DNA of 63,400 nucleotides, counting the filler. It is 5 parts of 5 records of this genome, joined end to end, with 100 filler letters (N's around TTAATTAATTAA, not from the genome) between each part and the next. Parts side by side here need not be neighbours in the genome. Positions count along the whole stretch, not along the records: positions 23,334 to 34,086 come from SRR31156797_2386; positions 34,187 to 41,901 come from SRR31156797_2388; 3 more parts are not named here. The stretch is one strand, 5' to 3'. Each line of letters opens with the position of its first letter. The stretch's first letter is position 1. A model generated the notes under the pieces. That model did not search any database and had not been told where the DNA came from. It worked only from the letters and a program-made list of their open reading frames with translations. Shown one piece after another: positions 31,073-42,001 of this stretch. The position numbers were made by a program, and so were the translations under genes.

Positions 31073-31582
31073 CTATAATAAAGCGTTTAGTTTATAAGCC
31101 CAAACTTTATATGCAGTTTGACCTAGATGTAAACCATCTGTAGTTAATTCTTCTTTTAATAAACCTTTATCATTTTCAAAAGATTCATTCAAACATAAAA
31201 ATTCTATATTCTGTTTTTGACAAAACTCTTTTACAAAGCCATTTAGTTTTACAACTTTTTTATTTACTGCTGGCATTTGAGTAATAAAGATTGCATTTAC
31301 AATAATATTTGAACCTGTAGTTTTTAATTTTTCTAATATTTTTTTATAGTTTTCAAAAACCTCATCTAAAGGTATTGATAAACACAAATCATTTACGCCA
31401 ATCATAAGAATAATAGTTTTAGGCTCAATTGTTTGAATAGAGTCTATTCTTTCTAATACACCTTTTGTTGTATCTGCCTCAACTCCTAAATTCAAAGTTA
31501 ATTTATTTTCTAGTAGGTTTTTCCAATCACCCTTTGCTATTAAAGAATCTCCTACAAGAACTACTTCTATGTTTTTTTTCAT
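31073..31582 (-). CDS. GDSL/SGNH hydrolase
   Basis: GDSL, IGVND, DGLH. Confidence 0.9.
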   Translation of the reverse strand: MKKNIEVVLVGDSLIAKGDWKNLLENKLTLNLGVEADTTKGVLERIDSIQTIEPKTIILMIGVNDLCLSIPLDEVFENYKKILEKLKTTGSNIIVNAIFITQMPAVNKKVVKLNGFVKEFCQKQNIEFLCLNESFENDKGLLKEELTTDGLHLGQTAYKVWAYKLNALL

Positions 31583-32274
31583 TTTATTGCTTCTTCTACA
31601 GCTTTTATTGCGTGGATTTGTGTTGTATCAAAAATAGGAATATCCACATCTTCTTGTTTTATTAGCATAGATATTTCAGTACAACCCAAAATTACACCCT
31701 CACAAGACTCTTCTACTTCTAATCTTTTTATAATCTCTTTATATTTTGTTCTTGAAGTATCATTACACTTACCTAAACAAAGCTCTTCATAAATCACTTT
31801 GTGTATTAGATTTTGCTCCTTTTCATTAGGAACTATAACTTCTATATCAAAATTATTTTCGATTCTGCCTTTATAAAAATCTTCACTCATTGTAAATTTT
31901 GTTCCCAAAAGAGCTATTTTTTTTATGCCAAACTCTTTTAGTCTGTTAGCTGTTGCATCAGCAATGTGAAGAATAGGAATATTTATGTTTTGTTCTATTT
32001 GAGGTACAACTTTATGCATAGTATTTGTGCATATAATAAGAAAATCAGCACCAGCTTTTTCTATAGATTTAGCTTCATTAGATAATATTTTTGCAGTTTC
32101 ATCCCACAAAGATTTGTGTTGTAGCTTTTCTATCTCATCAAAATCAACACTTGATAATACAATCTTCGCACTATGTAAGCCACCTAGTTTATCTTTTACT
32201 TCTTCATTTATCAGTTTGTAGTAAGTTGAAGTACTCTCCCAACTCATTCCACCAAGCATTCCAATTTTTTTCAT
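31579..32274 (-). CDS. Aspartate/glutamate racemase family protein (YgeA/RacX-like)
   Basis: GGMSWEST, CTNTMH, LGCTEI with both catalytic Cys. Confidence 0.92.
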   Translation of the reverse strand: MKKIGMLGGMSWESTSTYYKLINEEVKDKLGGLHSAKIVLSSVDFDEIEKLQHKSLWDETAKILSNEAKSIEKAGADFLIICTNTMHKVVPQIEQNINIPILHIADATANRLKEFGIKKIALLGTKFTMSEDFYKGRIENNFDIEVIVPNEKEQNLIHKVIYEELCLGKCNDTSRTKYKEIIKRLEVEESCEGVILGCTEISMLIKQEDVDIPIFDTTQIHAIKAVEEAIK

Positions 32275-32340
32275 TATTATCCAATTTTAGCTTTTCTTAG
32301 ATTCTAACAAATTTTTATTGTACTTGAGTTTATAATTGCT

Positions 32341-32994
32341 TTAAGTTATTTTTTCTAAGCCTTGTTTATTTAGTTTATACACAGTTGGTGCAAGTTTTTC
32401 AATAAATGTTTTATGGTGAGATACTATTATCATAGATTTTTTTATTGAGTTTAGAATATCAATTATTCTTTTTTCTGCATCTTCATCAAGGGCATTTGTT
32501 GGCTCATCAAGAAGAATAATTTTAGGTTTAGTAATCAATATTCCAGCAAGTGCAACAATTTTTTGTTCCCCTCCACTTAAATCATAAATATTTCTATTTT
32601 CTAAATGTAAAATCCCTAACTCATCCAAGATTTCACACGATTTTTCATATGCTTCATCTTTTTTTACACCCTTTGCTCTTAATGCAAACATCACATCTTC
32701 TATAACTGTTGGGCACAAAAAGTGATCACTTACCTCTTGTGGCAAATATCCAATATCTGCTCTAAAGGTTTTAAAATCTTTTATATTTTTCATCTCTTCA
32801 TGAAAAAGGAAAACTCCCCCAGAACTTTGTTTAATTAGACCTGCTATGATTTTTAAAAGTGTACTTTTCCCACTTCCATTTGCTCCAATAATAGCAACTT
32901 TTTCTTCATGGGAAACATTTAAAGTCACCTCTTTAAAAACCTCTTTTGTTGTATTTTTATAACTAACTTCTTTTAAATTTATTGAACAACTCAT
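32341..32994 (-). CDS. cbiO: ECF-type Co/Ni transporter ATPase (CbiO/NikO)
   Basis: GANGSGKST, LSGGEQK, LLDEPT; ATGA overlap with the cbiQ stop. Confidence 0.8.
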   Translation of the reverse strand: MSCSINLKEVSYKNTTKEVFKEVTLNVSHEEKVAIIGANGSGKSTLLKIIAGLIKQSSGGVFLFHEEMKNIKDFKTFRADIGYLPQEVSDHFLCPTVIEDVMFALRAKGVKKDEAYEKSCEILDELGILHLENRNIYDLSGGEQKIVALAGILITKPKIILLDEPTNALDEDAEKRIIDILNSIKKSMIIVSHHKTFIEKLAPTVYKLNKQGLEKIT

Positions 32995-33638
32995 ACAATT
33001 ACCTCTTTTACATAAAGCATACAAACTAAAAATATTAGAATAAAATCATAAATACTAAATTTTGAATTACTCATCAAATATATTCTTCCCTTAAAACCTC
33101 TTAACTCAAAAGAGTCTTGTAACATTGAAGCTTTTTTTATTGACATCACAAATATTTGCCCAAATAGGTTTCCATAAGTTTCATAAGCAAAAAGCGAAGA
33201 GTTTGCTCTAAAACCTCTTGCTCTCAATGTCATCTTTAGTTTTTTGAATTCATCTGTTAGTGTTTGAATCATCTTAAGGGAAAAATATACAGAACTAACG
33301 AACTTTTTTGGAAATCTAAGTTCATTTAGTGCCCGTACAATATCATAGCCACTAGATTTTGAAAAAAGCAAAAGATTAAAAAATATAATCATATTGGTTC
33401 TAATATAAATATTAAGTGCATTTTCCAAATCATCTTGGATTAAAAGAAAAAAGAAAATCATTCCTATAAATATATTTAAGACTAAGATTTTTTTTAATAC
33501 TTTTAATAGATTTTCATATTCACAAAATAGTGCAAATACTATAGGTAAAACAAACAACCATTCTACTTTGTTAAAACTAATAAGTACAGAATATAAAACT
33601 GCACTTATTAATACAATAGAAGGGTTTAGTTTACTCAT
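32991..33638 (-). CDS. cbiQ: ECF-type Co/Ni transporter T component (CbiQ/NikQ)
   Basis: TM protein with ARGF and LRGF coupling motifs. Confidence 0.8.
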   Translation of the reverse strand: MSKLNPSIVLISAVLYSVLISFNKVEWLFVLPIVFALFCEYENLLKVLKKILVLNIFIGMIFFFLLIQDDLENALNIYIRTNMIIFFNLLLFSKSSGYDIVRALNELRFPKKFVSSVYFSLKMIQTLTDEFKKLKMTLRARGFRANSSLFAYETYGNLFGQIFVMSIKKASMLQDSFELRGFKGRIYLMSNSKFSIYDFILIFLVCMLYVKEVIV

Positions 33639-34033
33639 TTTTTAATTCTTTTTAGTGCAAGAAAAATCAATGCTAAAACTAATGCAGCCAATAAAGATTG
33701 AATCAAAGTATTATCTTTAACCTCTTTATTATGGTCTTGAAGGTTTTTAACTTCAAATTCACTTTGAGCTGCATGTCCACCTAAGGCTTCTGCTTTTATT
33801 ATTAGTTTAGGTTTTAATGTTTGAACAACATATTCACCTTTTTCGTTTGTTTTTCCCTCTTCTAAAAGTTTATGGTTCTCATCATAAACATCTATTTTAC
33901 AGCCATTACAATAAGTTCCTGAAGCAAAATATGCGCTAGCTATCACATGATTGTTTTCATCAAATACAAAAAGGTTTAACTTATGAGCAAATAAAGAACC
34001 CACAATACATAATAAAAGGATTATCTTTTTCAT
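33635..34033 (-). CDS. CbiL/NikL-like accessory protein
   Basis: Signal peptide then AHKLNLF, G.T.E.G, GH, C-terminal TM; position in cbi operon. Confidence 0.65.
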   Translation of the reverse strand: MKKIILLLCIVGSLFAHKLNLFVFDENNHVIASAYFASGTYCNGCKIDVYDENHKLLEEGKTNEKGEYVVQTLKPKLIIKAEALGGHAAQSEFEVKNLQDHNKEVKDNTLIQSLLAALVLALIFLALKRIKK

Positions 34034-34086
34034 AGTTTAACCTCTTCTAAAAGGGAAGGAATTGATTTTTTTAAATAGTTTATTAA
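34030..34086 (-). CDS. C-terminal fragment of an upstream gene, probably CbiM/NikM
   Basis: Reads LINYLKKSIPSLLEEVKL*, ATGA overlap with next gene; call rests on operon context. Confidence 0.45.
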   Translation of the reverse strand, partial: LINYLKKSIPSLLEEVKL

Positions 34087-34186
34087 NNNNNNNNNNNNNN
34101 NNNNNNNNNNNNNNNNNNNNNNNNNNNNNNTTAATTAATTAANNNNNNNNNNNNNNNNNNNNNNNNNNNNNNNNNNNNNNNNNNNN
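34087..34186. other. Artificial contig linker
   Basis: 44 N + TTAATTAATTAA + 44 N. Confidence 0.99.
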
Positions 34187-34639
34187 TCTTTCTGGTTGAA
34201 ACTCTTCATCTTTTAATGTTAGATTTTCCATAAGTTCAGAGAAAAGTTCTAGAGATTTATCCATATTTTTTGAACTAGATTTTATATAATATTTAGTGTA
34301 ATCAAATGAAGTAGATGCATTGTTTACACCACCAAAACCTTTTACTATCTCATCAAATTCTCCCGCACTTAGGTTTTTTGTTGATTTGAAGTTTAGGTGT
34401 TCTAACATATGAGCAATTCCTGATTTACCCATAACTTCATTTCTACTACCAACATTATAGAAAATATTTGTAGAAACTACATTTGAGCCATTATCCATTG
34501 GAATAACAACTATCTTTAAACCATTTTCTAAAGTTTTTGTATAATATTTCGGTAAACTTTGAGCCATTAAATCTCCCATAAAAATTGTTAATATTGAAAA
34601 ATGAATAAATAATAGTTTCAGAATTTTTGAAAATTTCAT
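34187..34639 (-). CDS. M16 (pitrilysin-family) zinc peptidase, 3'-truncated
   Basis: GIAHMLEHL inverted HxxEH motif, NASTSFDYT; start uncertain. Confidence 0.9.
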
Positions 34640-34652
34640 TTTTCTTTTATCC

Positions 34653-35714
34653 TTAGTCTTTTAAATCAGAACCAATTACTTCAGAGATGTTGTTAAAACC
34701 ATCTTTTTTCATAAGTTCCAAGATCCCTTCGTTTATATTTTTAACCATTGAAGGTCCTTCAAAAATCATTCCAGAATAAGACTGAACTAATGAAGCACCA
34801 GCTTTTAATCTTCTGTATGCTTCATTTGCATCTGAAATACCACCAACAGATACAAGCACAGTTTTTCCATAAAGCTCTTTTGCTATAGCTTTAAACATCT
34901 CATATGATTTTTCTCTTAAACATTCACCACTTAAACCACCAAAGTCTTGAGCATTTGGCACAAGAGAATAATCAATAGTAGTGTTTGTTGCAATAATACC
35001 TGCTGCACCTGCTTCAACTGCAGTATTACAAAGGTTTATTGCTGCTTCAACTTCCATGTCTGGTGCAATTTTTAAGAAAATTGGTTTTGTTGTTAACTCT
35101 TTTGCCATTGAAAACAGTTCCTTAATAAACTCTTCATTTTGAAGGTCTCTTAAGTTTGGAGTGTTTGGACTAGAAATATTTATAACTAGATAATCACTTG
35201 TGTCTTCAAACTTTCTAATTAAAATTTTATAATCTTGAAGAGCAAACTCTTCAGGAGTAATTTTGTTTTTCCCTATATTTGCACCAACAGGAATTTTATA
35301 AGGATAAACTTTTTTTAAGTTCATTAAAACTTTTGCTGAGCCTTCATTATTAAAACCCATTGCATTTTGAACAGAATTTAGTTCTGGATATCTAAACATT
35401 CTAGGTTTTGGATTTCCATCTTGTGGTCGTGGTGTCATAGTACCAATCTCTGTATACCCAAATCCTAATGCCATCATAGATTCAATCATTGTAGCATTTT
35501 TATCAAAACCAGCTGCAAGCCCTACAGGGTTTTGAAATGTTATTCCACATATTTCTTGTTGAAGTCTTGAATCCACAATAAAATTTCTTTTTACCATGTA
35601 ATTATCTACAAACTTTAAATGAGGAAGAAGTCTTAATCCAAATTCTGCTAAATTGTGTGCTGTTTCAGGTTGAAATAAAAAAAGTATCTTTTTTAAATTT
35701 TTATAACTAAACAA
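34653..35714 (-). CDS. pyrD: Quinone-dependent dihydroorotate dehydrogenase
   Basis: GLAAGFDKNA, GNPKPRMFR, NISSPNTPNLR, KIAPD, GGLSG. Confidence 0.97.
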   Translation of the reverse strand: MFSYKNLKKILFLFQPETAHNLAEFGLRLLPHLKFVDNYMVKRNFIVDSRLQQEICGITFQNPVGLAAGFDKNATMIESMMALGFGYTEIGTMTPRPQDGNPKPRMFRYPELNSVQNAMGFNNEGSAKVLMNLKKVYPYKIPVGANIGKNKITPEEFALQDYKILIRKFEDTSDYLVINISSPNTPNLRDLQNEEFIKELFSMAKELTTKPIFLKIAPDMEVEAAINLCNTAVEAGAAGIIATNTTIDYSLVPNAQDFGGLSGECLREKSYEMFKAIAKELYGKTVLVSVGGISDANEAYRRLKAGASLVQSYSGMIFEGPSMVKNINEGILELMKKDGFNNISEVIGSDLKD

Positions 35715-35783
35715 AGAGTTCCTTTATTGAAAATTTTGTTATTTTATCTAAAAACTATTGAAAAAAAGTTGATAGGCAAAATA

Positions 35784-37493
35784 TTAGATATTTGCAAGGT
35801 TATAAAGTCTTTGATATTCACTACAATTTTTAAGTAAATTCTCCTCTTTATCGATGCAAACAATCTTACCTTTTTTGAAAACTGCAATTTTATCTGCGTT
35901 TTTAATTGTACTTAGTCTGTGAGCAATTACGAAAGTAATTCTTTCTTCACTGATTTCATCAATAACTTCTGAAATAATTGATTCACTTTCATTGTCAAGA
36001 GCAGAAGTAGCTTCATCTAAAATTAAAACTTGAGGGTTTTTATATAAAGCTCTTGCAATGGCAATTCTTTGTCTTTGTCCACCACTAAGATTTGTTCCAA
36101 ATTCATCCAAAGGAGAATAGATTCCTTGTTCCATATTTGAGATAAAATCATAGGCATGAGCTTGTTTTAATGCTTTTACTACTCTTTCTTCATCTATTTC
36201 ATAACCATATGCTACATTTGCTGCAACCGTATCGTTAAATATATAAACTCTTTGAGTTACTATTGATACGCTATTTCTTAAGGACTGGATGTTTATATCT
36301 CTTAAGTTTGTATTGTTAAATAGAATTTCTCCAGCATTTGTATCATAAAATCTAATCAATAGATTTATTAAAGAGGATTTTCCTCCTCCACTATCGCCAA
36401 CAAGTGCAACTTTTTCACCTTTTTGAGCTACTAAATTAATATTTTTTAAAGCATATAAATTGTCATATTTTAAATCAACATCTTTAAATTCAATCTTTTC
36501 TATACTTTCCGGGAAGTTATTTTCACCACTTTTAATAGTAGGTACAATTGAATAAATAGTAAGTATTCTTTCATGTGCAGCAATTGCATTTTGTAATTTG
36601 TTATATACTGCTGATATTCTTTTTATTGGAGTATAAAGCATAAATAATGCAGCAATAAAAGATAAAAAAGAACCTGCTGTAAGTTCACCTGAAATTACCT
36701 GGCTCCCACCATATAGTATTACTATTCCAGCTGCTACTGCACCTAAGAACTCCATAATTGGTGATAAAAGTTCTGAAGTTTTTACAGACTTAATATTTAT
36801 TTTGAAAAACTTTTTATTGTGTTTTTCAAATTTTTCAAGTTCAATATTTTCTGTGGAATTAGCTTTGATTATTTCAACATTATTGAAAACTTCACTTAAA
36901 TGAGAAGTGATATCAGAAGCACTTTCTTGAGATTTAAAAGAAAGTTTTTTCATTTTTTTTGCCAATACTGTTATTGGATAGATAGCTAATGGCATAACAA
37001 TTAAACCATAAAAAGCAAGCTCTGGACTTAAAAATATTACATAGCCAATTAAAGCTATGATTGTTAAACTTTCTCTTATTAAATCTGCAATTTGTGTTGA
37101 TACAGCTGATTGAATTCTATTTATATCATTTGTTATTCTAGAAATTAATTCTCCACCATGTTTTTTTTGAAAAAACTCAATATCCAAAGTAAGAATATGG
37201 TTTAATAGTTTATCTCTAACAATACGAATAATATCTTGACCAATGTAAGATACATAATAAACCTGAATGTATTTTCCCAAACCTTGTGAAGTTTGAGCTA
37301 AAATTAATAATACAGGTACAACATATAGCATAACCTGATCTTTTTCTATAAAAACTTTATCCAATAAAGGTTTTATAGTATAAGCTAATGCTGCACTTCC
37401 TCCTGCAACTAATAAAATACCTATAAGAGCGAAAAATATTTTAAGTTTATAGTTTTTGTAATAAGGTACATAATATAAAAAAAAGTCTTTCAT
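35784..37493 (-). CDS. msbA: Lipid A export ABC transporter MsbA-like
   Basis: TMD+NBD fusion; GDSGGGKS, LSGGQRQR, LDEATSALD. Confidence 0.8.
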   Translation of the reverse strand: MKDFFLYYVPYYKNYKLKIFFALIGILLVAGGSAALAYTIKPLLDKVFIEKDQVMLYVVPVLLILAQTSQGLGKYIQVYYVSYIGQDIIRIVRDKLLNHILTLDIEFFQKKHGGELISRITNDINRIQSAVSTQIADLIRESLTIIALIGYVIFLSPELAFYGLIVMPLAIYPITVLAKKMKKLSFKSQESASDITSHLSEVFNNVEIIKANSTENIELEKFEKHNKKFFKINIKSVKTSELLSPIMEFLGAVAAGIVILYGGSQVISGELTAGSFLSFIAALFMLYTPIKRISAVYNKLQNAIAAHERILTIYSIVPTIKSGENNFPESIEKIEFKDVDLKYDNLYALKNINLVAQKGEKVALVGDSGGGKSSLINLLIRFYDTNAGEILFNNTNLRDINIQSLRNSVSIVTQRVYIFNDTVAANVAYGYEIDEERVVKALKQAHAYDFISNMEQGIYSPLDEFGTNLSGGQRQRIAIARALYKNPQVLILDEATSALDNESESIISEVIDEISEERITFVIAHRLSTIKNADKIAVFKKGKIVCIDKEENLLKNCSEYQRLYNLANI

Positions 37494-37536
37494 TAAAATC
37501 CTATGTTTTGAATTAAGGTTAATATTTTATCTAAAA

Positions 37537-38841
37537 CTACATAAAATAGAGTGATTTTAATCTTTTAAATCCAAACTCTTTAAAAGTTAGAAAAAGTAAG
37601 ATAAATCCACTTAGAGTGCTTGCAAAAGCAAGCCCTGCAGCTTCATATGGAATTATAAGTGCTAAAGAGAAAACAATATTAAAAGCCAAAGCTTTCATAG
37701 AAATTTTCGCCGCTAAAAACTGTTTTTGGTGAGCATAAAGCCATAAAGAAAAGATTTTTGCTAAACCATAAGGTAAAAGACCTATTAAATACATTGTTAA
37801 AACCAATGAGGTATTAGCTGTGTCACTTGAAGTAAATGCTCCTCTTTCAAATAGCAACCATATTATTTCATCGTTAAATACTATTCCTATTAAAGTTGAA
37901 ACAGAAAGTAGTGCAAAAAGTATAACAGAAGATTTTTTCATCAGGTGTAAAGCTCTATGTTCATTTTTGTTTTTTATTGCTTTTGCTATCATTGGAAACA
38001 ACGCAACAGAGGTTGCAATTGCAAATAGTGCAAGAGGTAACTGGAAAACTCTATTTGCATAATATAGATAAGATATCGAACCAGTAACTAAAAATGATGC
38101 TAACCAAGTATCTAAAAAAGCAGAGATATGAGCAGTTGAACTACCTAAGGTTGCGGCAAAAAAACTATTATAAAATTTGTTTTCCTCTTTTTTCTTTTTT
38201 TCATGTTTAAAAGTAAAAATTTTACATAAATTATATTTTTTTACTGCTATTAAGTGAACTAAAACTTGTAAAATTCCACCTACTAAAACTCCATAAGATA
38301 GATAAAATGTAATATCATATTTTTCCATACCATTAGAGATAAGAAGTGCAACTATTAAAGCTATATTCAAAAGAGCAGTTGAAAATGCTGTTGTTGCAAA
38401 GTGATTTTTATATTGAAGTAGGGCAGCCATAAATGTTACTGCAAATATCAAAGGCAAGTAATAAAAGTTGATTGCAACAAGTGGTGATGCTAAATCAATA
38501 GTGTTTTTATCAAAACCAAAAGCAACTGCTTTTGTGATTAAACTAGAAAATAAAGTTACAAATAAAGATAAAAAAATTAAAAAAGCAAAAAGTTGTAAAA
38601 AAACAATTGAAGAAAACCTAATCTTATATTTTGATTTTGCATAAGATGGAATAAATGCTTGAGTAAATGCACCTTCTGCAAAAACTCTTCTAAATAGATT
38701 TGGAAGTTTAAAGGCTACAAAAAATATATCTGAATAAATATTTGCGCCCAAAATTGATGCAGTTAATAGGTCTCTAATAAACCCTAAAATTCTTGAAAAT
38801 AAAATTCCACTGCTATTTGTAAAAATTGATTTAATTAACAT
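37537..38841 (-). CDS. murJ: Lipid II flippase MurJ
   Basis: SRILGFIRD, PNLFRRVFAEGAF, YYANRVFQLPL. Confidence 0.95.
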   Translation of the reverse strand: MLIKSIFTNSSGILFSRILGFIRDLLTASILGANIYSDIFFVAFKLPNLFRRVFAEGAFTQAFIPSYAKSKYKIRFSSIVFLQLFAFLIFLSLFVTLFSSLITKAVAFGFDKNTIDLASPLVAINFYYLPLIFAVTFMAALLQYKNHFATTAFSTALLNIALIVALLISNGMEKYDITFYLSYGVLVGGILQVLVHLIAVKKYNLCKIFTFKHEKKKKEENKFYNSFFAATLGSSTAHISAFLDTWLASFLVTGSISYLYYANRVFQLPLALFAIATSVALFPMIAKAIKNKNEHRALHLMKKSSVILFALLSVSTLIGIVFNDEIIWLLFERGAFTSSDTANTSLVLTMYLIGLLPYGLAKIFSLWLYAHQKQFLAAKISMKALAFNIVFSLALIIPYEAAGLAFASTLSGFILLFLTFKEFGFKRLKSLYFM

Positions 38842-40381
38842 TTATGTCGCTTTTGTTGTGAATTACTAATTGTGTATCATCTCTATAATATCCAATCTGT
38901 GCTCTTTTTATGTGAATTGTTGAGCCATTTTTAGGGATATCATTTTTATTTAAAAAATAGATTTTAATCGATTTATTATTAAAAAAAAGTTTTTTATCTT
39001 GATAAACACCTTTAATATTGGAAATAATTTCATTTTGATTTTTTATATTTGATATTTGTAAATTTTTATTATGATAAAGATTTTTATACTCTTTTATTTT
39101 TTCTATCTCTTTTAATATTTCAAATTTCTTAATCTCTTTTAATCCCATATATGTATCAATTTCATCAACTCTAAGATTATAAGAAAAACCCTCTTTTAGA
39201 AGTTTGTGGTTTTGATAGATATAAATAGCTCTATCATTTTTTTGTTTTATTATTGCACCTTTTTTATCTTTTAAAAGGACAATAACATCTCTTAAAATAA
39301 CTGGTTCGAGTAACTTTTCTTTTTCATATAAGTTTGAGATTTTATTTATTTTTTCATTTTTTATATTTTTTAATGGTTTTCTATCTATTTTGTTTGTTGA
39401 AAAACTTGCCATAATTGGAAGATGGTCTGAAAAACCTTTTCCTATATGTTTTTTTCCCTTTATTTTCCATCTGAAAATTTTATTGTTTTTATATAAATAT
39501 TCTGGTTTAAAAACTTTGAAACTGTTTGGTATGTAAGATATTTTTTTATTATCAAAAAGTGCATAGGGTACAAGTATATTATCAGGAGTGATTTTATCTC
39601 CTCTAAAAAAAGATGAGAATCTATCTTTATAATTTAAATCTAACCATAAGTTGTAGTGAACTTTTGTATCTTTTTTATTCATATCTTTATAAGTTATGAA
39701 TTTTTTGTCTAATGTAGTATTCAAAACTTGGTTTATACCTGTAACACCTTGAGCATCATTTAGGTTTTCTTCTTGAAATATAGTTTTGTATTCATTGTAG
39801 TTTGAGTTAAAATCCCCAAGTAGAATATAGTCATAATCTAAAGGGATTTCTAATAATCTATCATAAAGGGTTTTTGCATATTTTATTCTATAACTTTCTC
39901 TTGATCTTTTTGAGGGCCAATGGTTATTAAAAACTTTAAACTCTTTATTTTCAAGTAAAAAAGTACTTTCCAAAATAGGTCTAAAAATTTTGTTAGAAAA
40001 CTTCACATTTATAGTTTGATTTTTGATAATCTCAATTTTACTTAAAAATCCAATTCCTACACTTGCATTATTGTATTTTGAAAAACTGAAATATTTATAT
40101 TTTGGAAACTTTTTTTTAAGTAGTTGTAGTGTTTGTTTATTTTCAATCTCTTGTAAAGCTAAAATATCACAATCTAAATCTTCAATAACTTTTGAAATAT
40201 TTGATATTTTTTGATAAAAAGTTTTTTTATTCCAATTTGAATTTGTATTAGGTATATACTCTTTATATTCTGTTTTGTCATAGTTTAGGTCAAATAAGTT
40301 CTCAACATTATAAGAACAAACAGAAAACTCTTTTGAGTATAAAGAAAGGGCTAAAAGTAAATATAAAAGAATTTTTATCAA
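38831..40381 (-). CDS. Secreted endonuclease/exonuclease/phosphatase-family protein
   Basis: Signal peptide; SYNVENLFD, LQEIE, NHWPS, GDFN, SDHLP. Confidence 0.85.
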   Translation of the reverse strand: MIKILLYLLLALSLYSKEFSVCSYNVENLFDLNYDKTEYKEYIPNTNSNWNKKTFYQKISNISKVIEDLDCDILALQEIENKQTLQLLKKKFPKYKYFSFSKYNNASVGIGFLSKIEIIKNQTINVKFSNKIFRPILESTFLLENKEFKVFNNHWPSKRSRESYRIKYAKTLYDRLLEIPLDYDYILLGDFNSNYNEYKTIFQEENLNDAQGVTGINQVLNTTLDKKFITYKDMNKKDTKVHYNLWLDLNYKDRFSSFFRGDKITPDNILVPYALFDNKKISYIPNSFKVFKPEYLYKNNKIFRWKIKGKKHIGKGFSDHLPIMASFSTNKIDRKPLKNIKNEKINKISNLYEKEKLLEPVILRDVIVLLKDKKGAIIKQKNDRAIYIYQNHKLLKEGFSYNLRVDEIDTYMGLKEIKKFEILKEIEKIKEYKNLYHNKNLQISNIKNQNEIISNIKGVYQDKKLFFNNKSIKIYFLNKNDIPKNGSTIHIKRAQIGYYRDDTQLVIHNKSDINVN

Positions 40382-40449
40382 ACTCTCTCCAAAAGATAAA
40401 ATAATTTAACATTTTATCCAAGAGTAGATAAAACTCTACTCTTTGGAAT

Positions 40450-41103
40450 TTATTTTTTAGTATTTAATCTTGATTGATACTCTTGTGGGTGTTTACAAAC
40501 TGGACACATTTTTAGTGCTTTTTTACCTCTGTGAACATGTCCACACACTTCACAAATCCATTCTTCTTCATCATCATCGCTTTCGAATTCTTTTCCTGAT
40601 TCAAGTCTTTCAAGAAGCATTTTATACATATTTTCGTGCTCAATTTCAATTTTTCCAATCATCTCAAGCATTTTTGCAAGTTGTTTTTTACCTTCATCTT
40701 TTGCAACTGCTGCAAAATCTGGATACATTGTTACATTTTCATAGCTTTCTCCAGCAATAGCATCTTTAAGGTTTTCAACTGTATCACCTAACTCTTTACC
40801 TTTAATCATTTCATTATAAGCTCTAAGTTCTAGGTTTGCGTGTTTCTTTTCGTTGTTTGCTGCTCTTTGGAAGTGCTCTGCAATATCTCTATAACCCTCT
40901 TTTTGAGCCACTTTTGCATAATATTCATATTTGTTTCTAGCCATAGATTCACCAGCAAAAGCTTTCATTAGGTTTACAGCAGTCAAGTTTTCTGTAATCA
41001 TCTCCATAGCTTGTCCACAGCAGTGAAGTTCTCCACCACCAACATTTTGTACTTCTACTACATTTCCACATTTGTTACATTTGTACGATTCATACTGTCT
41101 CAT
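40450..41103 (-). CDS. Desulforubrerythrin (desulforedoxin + rubrerythrin + rubredoxin domains)
   Basis: CNKCGN...HCCG; AFAGES.ARNKY, E..HA, E..H; CEVCG...CPVC. Confidence 0.9.
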   Translation of the reverse strand: MRQYESYKCNKCGNVVEVQNVGGGELHCCGQAMEMITENLTAVNLMKAFAGESMARNKYEYYAKVAQKEGYRDIAEHFQRAANNEKKHANLELRAYNEMIKGKELGDTVENLKDAIAGESYENVTMYPDFAAVAKDEGKKQLAKMLEMIGKIEIEHENMYKMLLERLESGKEFESDDDEEEWICEVCGHVHRGKKALKMCPVCKHPQEYQSRLNTKK

Positions 41104-41343
41104 TTTCTCTCCTTATAAATATTTTAAGTTTCTCTTATCAAAAGAAAAAAATTTTCCTTTAGACCCATTATATGTTATAATAACTTACAGTAGTTTTAAT
41201 CTTAAAAGAAAATTATTTTCTTTTACTAATTATAATTGATAAAAGATACAAAAAGTTTTATATACTAAGATTGCACAATGAAAAACTGCGAATAAGTAAA
41301 ATTTAGTAAATTTTATGTAAAATACGCGGGAAAGGAAGAGATT

Positions 41344-41745
41344 ATGTTCAATAGTTCTATGCTGTTAAAAGAGTATAACTTAAAAGTAACGCCTCAGAGG
41401 GTTGCAATTGTTGATGAATTGTATACAAATGGGCATATGAATATAGATGAGTTATATCAAAATTTATTAAAAAAATTCCCTTCTATTTCCCTTGCAACTA
41501 TTTATAAAAATGTAAATGCAATGGTAGAAAAGATTTTTTTAAAAGAGGTTAAAATTCCTGAGTCTAAATCAGTTTATGAATTAGCAAAAGAGGAACACTC
41601 ACATTTAGTATGTTCATCTTGTGGAAAAATTGAAGATATAAATGTTGATACTTCAATTTTAAATGATTCAATATTAACAATGTCAAACTTTAAAGTAAAA
41701 GACACAAAAGTTGTTTTTACTGGTGTTTGTTCAGACTGTCAATAA
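41344..41745 (+). CDS. perR: Fur-family regulator, PerR-like
   Basis: KVTPQR, SLATIYKN, HSHLVCSSCG, CSDC; divergent from rubrerythrin. Confidence 0.75.
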   Translation: MFNSSMLLKEYNLKVTPQRVAIVDELYTNGHMNIDELYQNLLKKFPSISLATIYKNVNAMVEKIFLKEVKIPESKSVYELAKEEHSHLVCSSCGKIEDINVDTSILNDSILTMSNFKVKDTKVVFTGVCSDCQ

Positions 41746-41766
41746 AAAATAGTTTCAAAATAGCTT

Positions 41767-41901
41767 CTAAAGGCTATTTTGAATAACTAATCCTAATACA
41801 ACTATCAATACTATACCTGCACTTTTATTATAAAGTTTATTTGCTGTTATAAATACTAACATAAGTGATAATATAAATGCAGCTGCAATATCAAAGAAGT
41901 T
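41767..41901 (-). CDS. C-terminal fragment of a membrane protein (possibly Ca/Na antiporter)
   Basis: Reads NFFDIAAAFILSLMLVFITANKLYNKSAGIVLIVVLGLVIQNSL*; truncated by contig end. Confidence 0.45.
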   Translation of the reverse strand, partial: NFFDIAAAFILSLMLVFITANKLYNKSAGIVLIVVLGLVIQNSL

Positions 41902-42001
41902 NNNNNNNNNNNNNNNNNNNNNNNNNNNNNNNNNNNNNNNNNNNNTTAATTAATTAANNNNNNNNNNNNNNNNNNNNNNNNNNNNNNNNNNNNNNNNNNN
42001 N
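41902..42001. other. Artificial contig linker
   Basis: 44 N + TTAATTAATTAA + 44 N. Confidence 0.99.

Noticed and set aside
40450-41745. Desulforubrerythrin/PerR pair and a possible Per box (GTTATAATAAC 41174-41184) as novel
   Set aside because: Known oxidative-stress components; the short AT-rich palindrome is too weak to call
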